The notes under the pieces: model-generated
Database searches by the model: none
Told to the model about the DNA's origin: nothing
Seen by the model: the letters and a program-made list of their open reading frames with translations, nothing else
Translations under genes and position numbers: made by a program
Virus record (IMG/VR): IMGVR_UViG_3300034349_000008
DNA length: 64,000 bases
DNA from: a virus
Direction: 5' to 3' (one strand)
Shown: piece by piece, positions 22,782-31,977 of the stretch
Numbering within the stretch: the stretch's first letter is position 1
Layout of the letters: each line of letters starts with the position of its first letter

Positions 22782-23105
22782 GTGAAAAAGTTTGTAATAG
22801 GTGCTGCATTTGCTATTTTCGGATTGTCTATGGTCAATGCTCAAGCTGTTGAGAATAGCTTCTGCAATATGGAATATGAAAAGGCTTACAACATTATGAA
22901 ATTGCGTCAATATGGTACTGAAAAGGCTGTTGTTGAATCTGTGATCTACACTGAATCCGGTCAGATCATGGTTGAACTTGCTTATGACAAGGAAATTGTT
23001 CCAGACCGAGTGAAACCTATTGTCATGAAGACATTCGCAAACCGTTTCAAAATCATCTGTGAGCAGTCGTTCGCTGAATCCAAGCAGAAAAGTATTGCAT
23101 TTTAA
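22782..23105 (+). CDS. Secreted/periplasmic protein (107 aa, GTG start)
   Basis: GAGGAG upstream of GTG. MKKFVIGAAFAIFGLSMVNAQA signal peptide with AQA cleavage motif. Confidence 0.6.
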   Translation: MKKFVIGAAFAIFGLSMVNAQAVENSFCNMEYEKAYNIMKLRQYGTEKAVVESVIYTESGQIMVELAYDKEIVPDRVKPIVMKTFANRFKIICEQSFAESKQKSIAF

Positions 23106-23150
23106 TCTGGTAGGTGTATAGTACCTGAAACCAAACACTGGAATCACAGC

Positions 23151-23333
23151 ATGAACACTGAAGAAATCATCGAAGCGTTTGAGGAATGGTACGTAGGAGA
23201 GTACGTGATCCGTTCTGGGGCGTATGGTCGTGCTAGTCGCAACCTGACAAAGCATGACGGTCAGTACATCTCAGATCACGCAGCAGAGTGCTTCAAGGTG
23301 TGGTGTGCAGCTATCAAGAGGATGCGTAAATGA
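23151..23333 (+). CDS. Hypothetical protein (60 aa)
   Basis: Track ORF. No clear SD. Confidence 0.45.
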   Translation: MNTEEIIEAFEEWYVGEYVIRSGAYGRASRNLTKHDGQYISDHAAECFKVWCAAIKRMRK

Positions 23334-23482
23334 AGTGGGAATTGGAGTGGATCGATGACAACATACACCTTTACACATCACCTGAACATGCTGAAGCGGT
23401 GAAACGTAATATCGAGAAGCGGTACAAGATTCTATCCCTTGAAGCACGCATAAAAGAATTGGAAAAGGAGCTTGGTAAATGA
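23330..23482 (+). CDS. Hypothetical small protein (50 aa)
   Basis: Hand translation MKWELEWIDDNIHLYTSPEHAEAVKRN... ATGA overlaps at both ends. Confidence 0.45.
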   Translation: MKWELEWIDDNIHLYTSPEHAEAVKRNIEKRYKILSLEARIKELEKELGK

Positions 23483-23736
23483 AATACGTAGTCACGAAAG
23501 ATGAAAACGGTGTAGAAGAACTATTCATGTTTCCAAAGTCTGTGGATCATGACGTTTTCGCTAACGCTGTAAGTCGATTGAAAAATCAGGCGCATGGTAA
23601 TTGGGAACGAATTGACCGTGATGTTATCGCTGCTGGATTCGTCACAACAAAACAAGATGGTGTATTTTGCTTCGGTCGCAGTGAAACCCTTAACCTAAAC
23701 TCACGTGGGCGTCTTGATGAGATGTTAATCGTATGA
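23479..23736 (+). CDS. Hypothetical protein (85 aa)
   Basis: Track ORF coupled to its neighbours. Confidence 0.55.
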   Translation: MKYVVTKDENGVEELFMFPKSVDHDVFANAVSRLKNQAHGNWERIDRDVIAAGFVTTKQDGVFCFGRSETLNLNSRGRLDEMLIV

Positions 23737-24029
23737 CTATTTCAAAATGCCCATTCTGCAAATCAAAAGATGTAGATATTCTTTATGGTTGGCAATGTTA
23801 TTATGTAAAGTGTGATGACTGTGGTTCTGAAGGTTCTGCTTGTAATTCAGAAGAGGAATCAATCGAGGCATGGAATCAAAGCAAAGCTAAAGAACCAATG
23901 AAAGATCATGAATTCCGTGAAGAAGTAAACGCGCTTAAGCAATTGGTATTAAACTATGCAACCACTGATCAACTTCGTGGTCGTCTAGCTGACTTCCTGC
24001 AAGCATTCAAGGAGAAATGTGGTGAGTGA
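23733..24029 (+). CDS. Lar-family restriction-alleviation-like zinc-ribbon protein (98 aa)
   Basis: CPFCKSKDV..VKCDDCGSEG..EEESIEAWNQ fits the remembered Lar family pattern CPFCG...C..CG....A..AWN. Confidence 0.55.
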   Translation: MTISKCPFCKSKDVDILYGWQCYYVKCDDCGSEGSACNSEEESIEAWNQSKAKEPMKDHEFREEVNALKQLVLNYATTDQLRGRLADFLQAFKEKCGE

Positions 24030-24198
24030 TCAAAATTGGGCACTACAAATGATGTTCAAATATCGTTTGCAGGTTGACTTCAGTCGCTGTACAATCGAAT
24101 GTCGTGGTTACACAAATGTATGGTCTTGGGATAAAACTGAAGACTTCTATCGTGTTCTGACAAATGCAGTTAATGAGATTATCAAGGCAGACAGTTAA
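24022..24198 (+). CDS. Hypothetical small protein (58 aa from GTG, or 49 aa from ATG 24049)
   Basis: Hand-translated ORF ending in TAATG overlap with the next gene. AAGGAG lies 7 nt upstream of GTG 24022. Confidence 0.35.
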   Translation: MSDQNWALQMMFKYRLQVDFSRCTIECRGYTNVWSWDKTEDFYRVLTNAVNEIIKADS

Positions 24199-24425
24199 TG
24201 AAATTTGATCTAAACAAGATTGACAAGCAAATGATGAAAGATATTGATAGTCTTGACGACACTGCCGGTAACAAGGGTGTCGTCTGGATGCGTGATGATT
24301 ATCTTTCAATGCGTGGTATGGCTTTTTACGGTGATCGTAAAACATATGACCTTCTTGAACTTGTTGCTGGCTTCAAGGAAGAGATGTGCAAAGATGGTTA
24401 TGAATTCAATTGTGATAAATACTAG
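24198..24425 (+). CDS. Hypothetical protein (75 aa)
   Basis: Track ORF. Confidence 0.5.
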   Translation: MKFDLNKIDKQMMKDIDSLDDTAGNKGVVWMRDDYLSMRGMAFYGDRKTYDLLELVAGFKEEMCKDGYEFNCDKY

Positions 24426-24434
24426 GAGATAAGT

Positions 24435-24620
24435 ATGAAAGTTGGAGATAAGGTACGTGTAACAGGTCATGATAAAAATGGTTACCGTCACGGTTTTCAT
24501 ATTAGTGACATTGGTCATATTATGGTGATTGATGATGAGGATGGTAGTATCCTAATTAACTCTGATGTTTCCCCTTACGATCAGTGGATGACTGCATCTG
24601 AATTGGAGATTGTACAATGA
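24435..24620 (+). CDS. Small SH3-like family protein (61 aa)
   Basis: AGGAG upstream. MKVGDKVRV..IMVIDDEDG..ASELEIV pattern is shared with other small ORFs. Confidence 0.55.
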   Translation: MKVGDKVRVTGHDKNGYRHGFHISDIGHIMVIDDEDGSILINSDVSPYDQWMTASELEIVQ

Positions 24621-25042
24621 AAATTCATGGTAAGTGGTTGACTAAAACAACTGATGCAGAAGACCTTAAATGGTTTGTTGATCTATATGAAATGACACCA
24701 GATCAAATCATTAAGGATTATAAACTGGAGCAACACATTATAAATCCTGAAATCAAAGCAATTGTATTCCTCGAATACGACGGCTCAATCAATCAAATGT
24801 TCATCATCGAACCAAATGACTTGGTAATCGTTTGGGCAGAAGGTCGTTGTGATACAATCTTTAATACTGACGGTATTGCATTCATGGAACTTCATCGTGA
24901 TCAACAGTTGATTGCTCAATGGGCAATGGGTGACTCACCATATGAAATGAATGATGAAGACCTTGAAGAATGTGAATTCGATATGTCTAAACTTCCAGAA
25001 GGTATTACTCGTGATCAAGTTATTTTCGTAGCACAACTGTAA
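24617..25042 (+). CDS. Hypothetical acidic protein (141 aa)
   Basis: Track ORF. ATGA overlap. Confidence 0.6.
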   Translation: MKIHGKWLTKTTDAEDLKWFVDLYEMTPDQIIKDYKLEQHIINPEIKAIVFLEYDGSINQMFIIEPNDLVIVWAEGRCDTIFNTDGIAFMELHRDQQLIAQWAMGDSPYEMNDEDLEECEFDMSKLPEGITRDQVIFVAQL

Positions 25043-25053
25043 GGAGAGATTGT

Positions 25054-26961
25054 TTGAGTTTGATTGAAAAAGTAATTAAGCATTACATGCCTGACTATGA
25101 TGGGAGTGAAAAGATTTGTTGTCCGTTTCACAGTGAGAATACCGCGTCATTCAACATCTATCATCATCAGCATTCGTTCTACTGCTACGGTTGTGGTGCA
25201 AAGAGTACACCGATTGATTTCGTAATGTATGCCGAAGAGATGGACGAAGAAACAGAATTTGCAAAAGGTCGTGACTTGACAATGCAAATTCTAGGTATGA
25301 CATACGAGAAGTATCAAGAGGAGAGAAAGAAAGTGACGGATGTAGCTGTAATGATGAATGATTGCCTTCCGGCAATGACGGACGAAGAAGTAAAGGCTTT
25401 CATCCAAAGTGCTCATCGTGAAATCAATGGTAAGAAAGTAAGTGGCTATGCTGGTCTTGGTTATCGTGGGATTAAAGATGAATATCTGAAGTTCTTCGGT
25501 CACCTGACTAAGAAGGATGATCAAGGTAATGTAATCAGTCGTCACTATCCTGAAACAAATACCAAGGGTAAGCTTGCTGGTTATAAATGCCGTAACCATC
25601 CTAAAGACTTCCGATATGGTAATGTCGGTAACACTGGTGGTAAGAACCAACTAAGTGGTCAGGTTAAGTATTCTGGTTACAACAAGTACATCTTGATTGT
25701 TGGTGGTGAAGAAGATAAAGTTGCAGCATACCAGATGTTCGAAGAGAATCGGATTAAGGCTGGTGGTAACATTGCTCCTGTTCACGTAGTATCCCCAACT
25801 TGTGGTGAGAATAGTGCAGTTAAGCAAATTGCAGCACAGTATTCGTTCTTCGACATGTATGACCAAATCATTATTGGTATGGATAATGATGAGGCTGGTA
25901 AGCGTGCAGCAGAAGCAATTGCGGCAGTATTACCAAAAGAGAAAGTTAAGGTCGCTGTCTGGACTGGTAAAGATGCAAACAAGATGTTGGAAGACGGTAA
26001 GGCTAGTGTATTTGTCCGTGACTTCTACAATGCTAAACCACTGATTGCATCTGGTATCAAGGAAAGTACAGGTTCGATGGACTCGGTTCGTGAAGAACTT
26101 ATGCGTCCACGTATTCCACTTCCACCAGAATGGAAAGATGTACAAGATGCAATGAAAGGTGGTATTCGACAAGGTTCTATCGTCAATATCATTGGTGATA
26201 CATCGGTTGGTAAGTCTACTCACATTAACGGACTCAACTACTTCTGGATGTTTAACGCACCACAGAAAGTTGGGGTTGTTTCTCTTGAGATGACTGAAGG
26301 TCAATACACACTTGACTTGTTGTCTATTCACCTTGAGAAGAACTTGGCGTGGATTGGTGAAGGTGCGGATATTCTTGAGTATCTGGAACGTCCTGAAGTT
26401 CAAGCTCTGTATGACAACTTACTTGTTGATGATTCCGGTCAACCACGTTATTCGATTCTTGATGAGCGTGATGGTGATCTTAAGTTGCTGGAGCGACAAG
26501 TTGAGAAGTTGATTCACCAGTATGGTTGCAAGATCATTGTAATTGACGTACTGACTGACATTCTTCGTGGTTGCAATGGTGACATGCAAGAAGATCATAT
26601 GCGTTGGCAGAAACAGATTGTTAAGACAGGTGTTACAATTGTGAACATCTTGCACACACGTAAACCAGTTAACTCTGATGGTTCGTGGCGTAAAGCAACT
26701 GAGTATGATGCGTTTGGTAGTTCGACATTTGTACAGTCGGCTGCATACAACATCGTGATCAGTCGTGACAAGATGAACCCTGACCCAATCCTGAAGAACC
26801 TGACACATGTTGACATGCCGAAGTGTCGTGGTGGTGAGACTGGTGAAATCATGCAATTGATTTATGATGTCGAAACCCGTAACGTTATGAACTACAACAA
26901 TTGGCTTGCAAAACAAGCGAGCATGCCTCATAATCAGCAAGATTCTGATCCGGGGTTTTAA
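25054..26961 (+). CDS. Bifunctional DNA primase-helicase (T7 gp4-like)
   Basis: CHC2 zinc finger CCPFHSENTASF..CYGCGA. Toprim GGEEDK and GMDNDEAG. Walker A GDTSVGKST in a DnaB-like C-terminal half. TTG start after AAGGAG. Confidence 0.85.
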   Translation: MSLIEKVIKHYMPDYDGSEKICCPFHSENTASFNIYHHQHSFYCYGCGAKSTPIDFVMYAEEMDEETEFAKGRDLTMQILGMTYEKYQEERKKVTDVAVMMNDCLPAMTDEEVKAFIQSAHREINGKKVSGYAGLGYRGIKDEYLKFFGHLTKKDDQGNVISRHYPETNTKGKLAGYKCRNHPKDFRYGNVGNTGGKNQLSGQVKYSGYNKYILIVGGEEDKVAAYQMFEENRIKAGGNIAPVHVVSPTCGENSAVKQIAAQYSFFDMYDQIIIGMDNDEAGKRAAEAIAAVLPKEKVKVAVWTGKDANKMLEDGKASVFVRDFYNAKPLIASGIKESTGSMDSVREELMRPRIPLPPEWKDVQDAMKGGIRQGSIVNIIGDTSVGKSTHINGLNYFWMFNAPQKVGVVSLEMTEGQYTLDLLSIHLEKNLAWIGEGADILEYLERPEVQALYDNLLVDDSGQPRYSILDERDGDLKLLERQVEKLIHQYGCKIIVIDVLTDILRGCNGDMQEDHMRWQKQIVKTGVTIVNILHTRKPVNSDGSWRKATEYDAFGSSTFVQSAAYNIVISRDKMNPDPILKNLTHVDMPKCRGGETGEIMQLIYDVETRNVMNYNNWLAKQASMPHNQQDSDPGF

Positions 26962-26966
26962 ATTAT

Positions 26967-26990
26967 AAGGGACTTCGGTCCCTTTTGCTT
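26967..26990 (+). terminator. Hairpin terminator with TTCG loop
   Basis: GGGAC-TTCG-GTCCC followed by TTTT. Confidence 0.6.
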
Positions 26991-27004
26991 TATAGGAGAA
27001 TTAA

Positions 27005-29248
27005 GTGGCTGAAGAAATGAAGTTTGAAAAAATATTTGATGATTGGATTTATGACCTAGAGACTTACCCTAACATCTTTACGTTTGCAACTATCTTTGCT
27101 AATGGTAAAGGTCGTCGTGTATTCGAAATTAGTGATCGTCGTAATGACATCAATGAGATGCTTGACTTTCTTCGTAAAGTAAAGACTGCTGGTCACCGAC
27201 TAGTTGGTTTCAACAACGTAGGGTTTGACTATCCTGTGTTGCATTACATTCTGGAGAAGAGCAAACAAGCGAACAAGGAGAAGAAAGAACTTGTAATCTC
27301 TGCTGCTGAAATTTATAGCAAAGTATGCAAGATGTTTGAAGCTGCCAAGTTCAACAAGTTTGGCTCTGCAATCCGTTCTGATGAAACATTGATCCCACAA
27401 GTTGATCTATTCAAGATTCATCACTTTGACAACAAAGCTCGCATGACAAGCTTGAAAGTACTTGAGTTCAACATGCGCTCTAAGAACATTGAAGACTTGC
27501 CGTTCCCGGTAGGTATGCGTCTGAACGATCAACAAAAAGACGTTTTGATTTCGTATAACCATCATGACGTAATGGAAACATTGAAGTTCTACCATCACTC
27601 GATGGATGCAATTAAGATGCGTTCTGAGTTGACAGTCCAGTTCGGTTTTGACTGCACTAACTACAATGACACCAAGATTGGTAAGGAGTTGTTTGTTAAC
27701 CGTCTTGAGGCTGCAAAGCCGGGTATCTGTTTCAAGATTGAAAAGAAAGGACCACGAATGGTCCGTAAGATGCAGCAAACCAAACGTGAGTTCATTAACC
27801 TCGGTGAATGTATTCTGCCGTATGTGAAATTTGAACGTCCAGAGTTTGAAGCAATCCGTAAATGGTTTAGTGAGCAAACTATTACTGAAACCAATGGTGT
27901 GTTCTCCGATTTGGAAGAGCATCAGTTGGGTGATGTTGCAAAGTATGCGAACATGAAAGTCAAGATGAAGAAGTTCAATTGCCCGGAACAAGGTGCAAAG
28001 AACAAACGATACGTTCCAACTGAAGCACACGTACTTGAAATGATGGCTGAACATCCACTCGGTTGGGTTGAAGCTGTTGAATTGAAGAGTCCAAAGGGTG
28101 CTGCAAGCTATTGGTTCTGCTGGCGGGTAACTGCTGGTGCAAAAGGTGTTGATGAAAAGAAAGGCACAAACAGTAGTCCACTCAACGTTGTTATTGATGG
28201 ATTCCAGTATGACTTTGGTACTGGTGGTATTCATGGATGCAAGAAAGGTGTAACAGTCAGCGGTAATGGTAAGCGTATTTACACGCTCGACGTTGCATCG
28301 TATTACCCGAACTTGAGTATCCAGAACAAGATTTATCCTGAACACCTTGATGAATTGTTCTGTCAGGTATATCAGAATCTGTATGTTGAACGCCGTAGCT
28401 ATGATAAGAAGTCGGCAACCAACAAAGCTTTGAAGCTGGCATTGAACGGTACTTATGGTGCGTCTGGTGACGAATTCAGTCCTATGTACGATCCTAAGTT
28501 TATGATGTCGATTACGATCAATGGTCAGTTGTCTTTGTGCATGTTGATTGAAAAACTGTTGAAACAGGTTGATGCAGAGATTATCATGTGCAACACAGAC
28601 GGTTTTGAATTCGTAGCGAATGATGATCCTAAGACCAAGAAATTGATTGACAAGCTGGTTAAGGAATGGGAAGCTCTTACTGGTCTTGAGATGGAAGGTT
28701 TCTTGTATGACAAGATGATGGCTGCGAACGTGAACAACTACATCGCCGTTTACAAAGGTGGTGACGTTAAGCGTAAAGGTGCATACGAGTTTAAAGACTT
28801 GGACTGGCATAAAAACCAGAGTGCATTGGTCGTTAAGATGGCTGCTGTGCACGAGCTATTGGGTCTTGGAGACGCTGAAGACTTGATCCGTAGGCATGAT
28901 GACCCTTACGACTTTATGTTGCGTACAAAGGTTCCACGAAGCTCTAAGCTGGTGTTGTTCAATGAGGAAACAGGTGAAGAGAAACCATTGCAGAATATCT
29001 GCCGGTATTATCCATCTGTTCATGGTGGTAAGCTGATTAAGCTTATGCCTGCATTAGAAGGTAAAGAGCTTGAAGGTGATCGTCGTCTATCGATTGATAA
29101 GGAATGGAATGTGACTCCTTGCAATGATATGGGTGACTTTAGCTGGGGAATCAATTATGATTACTATGTAAAGGAAGCCAAGAAGCTCGTAGCTGCAATC
29201 CTTGGTGATGTGGACCTAGATGACGAAGGTAACTCCGATGAGGATTAA
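27005..29248 (+). CDS. Family B DNA polymerase with DEDD 3'-5' exonuclease domain
   Basis: Exo motifs IYDLET, NNVGFDYPVL, YNHHD. Pol motifs DVASYYPN, KLALNGTYG, CNTDGFEF. GTG start after AGGAG. Confidence 0.85.
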   Translation: MAEEMKFEKIFDDWIYDLETYPNIFTFATIFANGKGRRVFEISDRRNDINEMLDFLRKVKTAGHRLVGFNNVGFDYPVLHYILEKSKQANKEKKELVISAAEIYSKVCKMFEAAKFNKFGSAIRSDETLIPQVDLFKIHHFDNKARMTSLKVLEFNMRSKNIEDLPFPVGMRLNDQQKDVLISYNHHDVMETLKFYHHSMDAIKMRSELTVQFGFDCTNYNDTKIGKELFVNRLEAAKPGICFKIEKKGPRMVRKMQQTKREFINLGECILPYVKFERPEFEAIRKWFSEQTITETNGVFSDLEEHQLGDVAKYANMKVKMKKFNCPEQGAKNKRYVPTEAHVLEMMAEHPLGWVEAVELKSPKGAASYWFCWRVTAGAKGVDEKKGTNSSPLNVVIDGFQYDFGTGGIHGCKKGVTVSGNGKRIYTLDVASYYPNLSIQNKIYPEHLDELFCQVYQNLYVERRSYDKKSATNKALKLALNGTYGASGDEFSPMYDPKFMMSITINGQLSLCMLIEKLLKQVDAEIIMCNTDGFEFVANDDPKTKKLIDKLVKEWEALTGLEMEGFLYDKMMAANVNNYIAVYKGGDVKRKGAYEFKDLDWHKNQSALVVKMAAVHELLGLGDAEDLIRRHDDPYDFMLRTKVPRSSKLVLFNEETGEEKPLQNICRYYPSVHGGKLIKLMPALEGKELEGDRRLSIDKEWNVTPCNDMGDFSWGINYDYYVKEAKKLVAAILGDVDLDDEGNSDED

Positions 29249-29251
29249 TAA

Positions 29252-29368
29252 ATGAAAATCATTTGCAAATTGTTTGGTCATGGTGAATTATTCAAATGTA
29301 ATTATCTGAATAATTGTAATAGAAATGATCTATTCATCTGCATGGATTGTCGAGAAATTGTAAAATAG
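29252..29368 (+). CDS. Small Cys-rich protein (38 aa)
   Basis: Hand translation MKIICKLFGHGELFKCNYLNNCNRNDLFICMDCREIVK. Starts 3 nt after the polymerase stop. Confidence 0.35.
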   Translation: MKIICKLFGHGELFKCNYLNNCNRNDLFICMDCREIVK

Positions 29369-29371
29369 TTG

Positions 29372-29399
29372 TTGACAGGCGATCAGGATCAAGTAGAAT
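29372..29399 (+). promoter_or_regulatory. Sigma70 promoter (TTGACA-16-TAGAAT)
   Basis: TTGACA 29372-77, TAGAAT 29394-99. Confidence 0.6.
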
Positions 29400-29432
29400 G
29401 GTCGCCATCAACAAGACAACTGGAGATATGAA

Positions 29433-29687
29433 ATGAGTCAACTTGCTAATCTGTTAGATAGAAAGCTTTCAATGAATGCGACAGTAGAATTCAGTTCTAT
29501 TCTTTGTAGCATTGAAGATGAGACTGATGCAATTGATTTGGTTAAAGCAATTGACCTTGCTCAAGAAGATGTTGACTTCACAATTAAACTGATTGAAACT
29601 CTTTTCAAGTCACTTCGAATTGACCTTTCCAGTAGTGAAGGTAAAGAAGTAATCAAAAAACTTAAGAAAATCAACAAGAGTATTTGA
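29433..29687 (+). CDS. Hypothetical acidic protein (84 aa)
   Basis: Track ORF. GGAG upstream. Confidence 0.55.
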   Translation: MSQLANLLDRKLSMNATVEFSSILCSIEDETDAIDLVKAIDLAQEDVDFTIKLIETLFKSLRIDLSSSEGKEVIKKLKKINKSI

Positions 29688-29688
29688 A

Positions 29689-30018
29689 ATGAAAGCAACA
29701 ATAAATGGTAACATGGTCACTTTCACAGGCTTAAGTGAAATGGATGTGCTGTTGCAAATCCAAAGACGACACCTTGCTGTTCGTCAATTCACAGCAATGG
29801 GTCAACCTGATGGTACAGTCCATCTGACATTCCCTATGTCACCACTTGAGCGCGGTGAGTTCGCCGGTCTGATTCATCGTTACAATGCTGAACAACGTGC
29901 AAAGAACAAACACCTTGAACATAAAGGTGTTGATCCAACCCCACCTAAAGGTACACCTCCTCGTGGTGGTGCTGGTAACACGAAAGAATTTGTAAATACA
30001 TCTGCAATCGCTGCATAA
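29689..30018 (+). CDS. Hypothetical protein (109 aa)
   Basis: Track ORF starting 1 nt after the upstream stop. Confidence 0.55.
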   Translation: MKATINGNMVTFTGLSEMDVLLQIQRRHLAVRQFTAMGQPDGTVHLTFPMSPLERGEFAGLIHRYNAEQRAKNKHLEHKGVDPTPPKGTPPRGGAGNTKEFVNTSAIAA

Positions 30019-30039
30019 TTTATTCAGGAGAAAATGTAA

Positions 30040-30903
30040 ATGGCTTTGCAAGCAATGGTAATGACTGTAACCCCACAAAAAGCACTAGAGTGGATCGAGA
30101 AAAACACTTCAAACCGACCACTGAGTCATGCACGTATTCGTCAATATGTTAAAGACATTACAGATGGTAACTTTGGTCTGACAGGTGAAGCAATCCGTTT
30201 CTTTGAGGATGGTACATTAGCTGATGGTCAACATCGACTGACAGCAATTGTTAAAGCTTGCAAGTCGATTGAAACACTGGTAGTATTTGGTTTGAGTAAA
30301 TCGGTTGCTTCATACATCGACACAGGTAAATCTCGTACTGCTGGTGATGTACTGTGTATGTTCTCTGGTGTAGGTGATGCTGATGCAAAAGCACTTGCTA
30401 CCACCATTCGTATGATTGTACATCATGATGCAGGTCGTCACTATGCTGCAACATCTGGTAGTGGTAACGGTAATACAAGTACTGCAATGACAAACCGTGA
30501 AATTCAAGACTTCTATCGTGACAATGAGGAAGCACTTTCTGATGCAATGGATTGGGTGCGTGCTCACGGTAAGTTCACGAATGCTGTAATTCCACGTGCT
30601 GCACAAACAGCATTGTACTACCTGTTTAAACGTGCAAACGCACCACTGGCACATGATTACCTGAGTAAGATTATTCATGGTATGAACGTTGAACCAAAAT
30701 CGACACAAGCAAGTGTTCGTGAAATCTTGTTGCGTGATCTTTCATCTACACGTAAACTAGATTTGCGTAGCAAGATTTATACAGTTGTAAAAGGTTTTAA
30801 CAGTGAGCACAAACGTCGTGGTATTTCATCTGCAAAAGGTGCACTGTGGACAATTTCTGCAAATGGTGAAACACCACTACCTGTAACAGATAGTCATAAA
30901 TAA
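30040..30903 (+). CDS. ParB N-terminal-domain-like protein (DGQHR motif), 287 aa
   Basis: LADGQHRLTAIVKA motif characteristic of the ParB/Srx-fold DGQHR proteins. AGGAG upstream. Confidence 0.5.
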   Translation: MALQAMVMTVTPQKALEWIEKNTSNRPLSHARIRQYVKDITDGNFGLTGEAIRFFEDGTLADGQHRLTAIVKACKSIETLVVFGLSKSVASYIDTGKSRTAGDVLCMFSGVGDADAKALATTIRMIVHHDAGRHYAATSGSGNGNTSTAMTNREIQDFYRDNEEALSDAMDWVRAHGKFTNAVIPRAAQTALYYLFKRANAPLAHDYLSKIIHGMNVEPKSTQASVREILLRDLSSTRKLDLRSKIYTVVKGFNSEHKRRGISSAKGALWTISANGETPLPVTDSHK

Positions 30904-30910
30904 TTGCTGC

Positions 30911-30939
30911 TTGACACACCAAACTGACTAGCGTATAAT
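30911..30939 (+). promoter_or_regulatory. Consensus sigma70 promoter (TTGACA-17-TATAAT)
   Basis: TTGACA 30911-16, TATAAT 30934-39. Confidence 0.7.
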
Positions 30940-30970
30940 GCGCACACATTAAACAAATGGAGAATAAAAC

Positions 30971-31237
30971 ATGAATACTCGTACTGAACCAGCAATGACT
31001 GCTCTGACTTCCCTGTTCTCTGCTCGTAAAATCAGCAATGAGCAACTGGTTAACGATGCACTGGATAGCTTCAATAAAGCTGAAGAGAAGATGAACAATG
31101 CAATCTCGGCTATCGATGCAAACGTTAAAGAAGAACAGGAAGCAATTGAAGCTGCTCAAAAACGCATTGAACAAGCAGATTCTGCAAAAGCTCGACTGAC
31201 TCGTGTAATTGATCGTTTGAAAGCTCTTACTGAATAA
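30971..31237 (+). CDS. Coiled-coil protein (88 aa)
   Basis: Track ORF. GGAG upstream. Heptad-like Glu/Ala/Lys-rich sequence. Confidence 0.6.
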   Translation: MNTRTEPAMTALTSLFSARKISNEQLVNDALDSFNKAEEKMNNAISAIDANVKEEQEAIEAAQKRIEQADSAKARLTRVIDRLKALTE

Positions 31238-31247
31238 GGAGAAAGAC

Positions 31248-31469
31248 ATGGGTATTTTTATCGCAGAAGGTCGTGAAGTAAACGTTGGTGATACCGTTAA
31301 ATTGATTGGAAAACTTTGGTACACTGATGATCATGAATTTAAATTCGGAGATGTGATGACTATCGTTGACGATAATGAAGATACTCAGTATTTTATGAAA
31401 ATTGATTACGATGGTATTATTACAGTTGAGCGTGCTGGTGTCCTCTACAACCCAAATGACTTTATGTAA
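31248..31469 (+). CDS. Small SH3-like family protein (73 aa)
   Basis: AAGGAG upstream. VNVGDTVKLIG..MTIVDDNED..NPNDFM. Confidence 0.55.
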   Translation: MGIFIAEGREVNVGDTVKLIGKLWYTDDHEFKFGDVMTIVDDNEDTQYFMKIDYDGIITVERAGVLYNPNDFM

Positions 31470-31480
31470 GGAGTTGACTC

Positions 31481-31696
31481 ATGAAACAATCTGAATTCAT
31501 TCAGTTGAAAACTGGCGATAAAGTCATTTATAATGACACCAATGGTTTCCAACTTGCACCACGTCTGACTGTTCTTACACGAAAAGAAGGTTGGTTGGAT
31601 GACGAAGATACAGCTAACTTCACATTCATTACCCCAAGCGGTGGAACTGATCACCACTTCTTCTCTGCTGAAGAACTCGATCTAATCAAGGAGTAA
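31481..31696 (+). CDS. Small SH3-like family protein (71 aa)
   Basis: AAGGAG upstream. LKTGDKVIYND..WLDDED..AEELDLI. Confidence 0.55.
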   Translation: MKQSEFIQLKTGDKVIYNDTNGFQLAPRLTVLTRKEGWLDDEDTANFTFITPSGGTDHHFFSAEELDLIKE

Positions 31697-31698
31697 CA

Positions 31699-31977
31699 AT
31701 GAGCAAGAAGAACAAATCCTTTATCCCAACTATCAACCTGAAAGGTGATGACTTCATCCATGCTGTACCTGAAGAGATGGATATGGAAGTAATCATCCAC
31801 TGGAAAGGTCAGGTCAAAGGTCAATCGTACCAACCTGAACATATCAACCCTGTAAAAGCTTTTAGTAAGCAGGATGGTAAGTTCAAAGTAATTAACCGTA
31901 ACCTGCCTGACACGTGTTACACCTTCGATATCAAAGAAGTAAAATGTGTTTACCTGCTACCAATGGGAGATGTATAA
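31699..31977 (+). CDS. Hypothetical protein (92 aa)
   Basis: Track ORF. AGGAG upstream. Confidence 0.55.
   Translation: MSKKNKSFIPTINLKGDDFIHAVPEEMDMEVIIHWKGQVKGQSYQPEHINPVKAFSKQDGKFKVINRNLPDTCYTFDIKEVKCVYLLPMGDV

Noticed and set aside
27407-28852. 481-aa minus-strand ORF opposite the DNA polymerase gene
   Set aside because: Same artefact. It is antisense to a gene with full PolB exo and pol motifs, and the translation looks non-protein-like.
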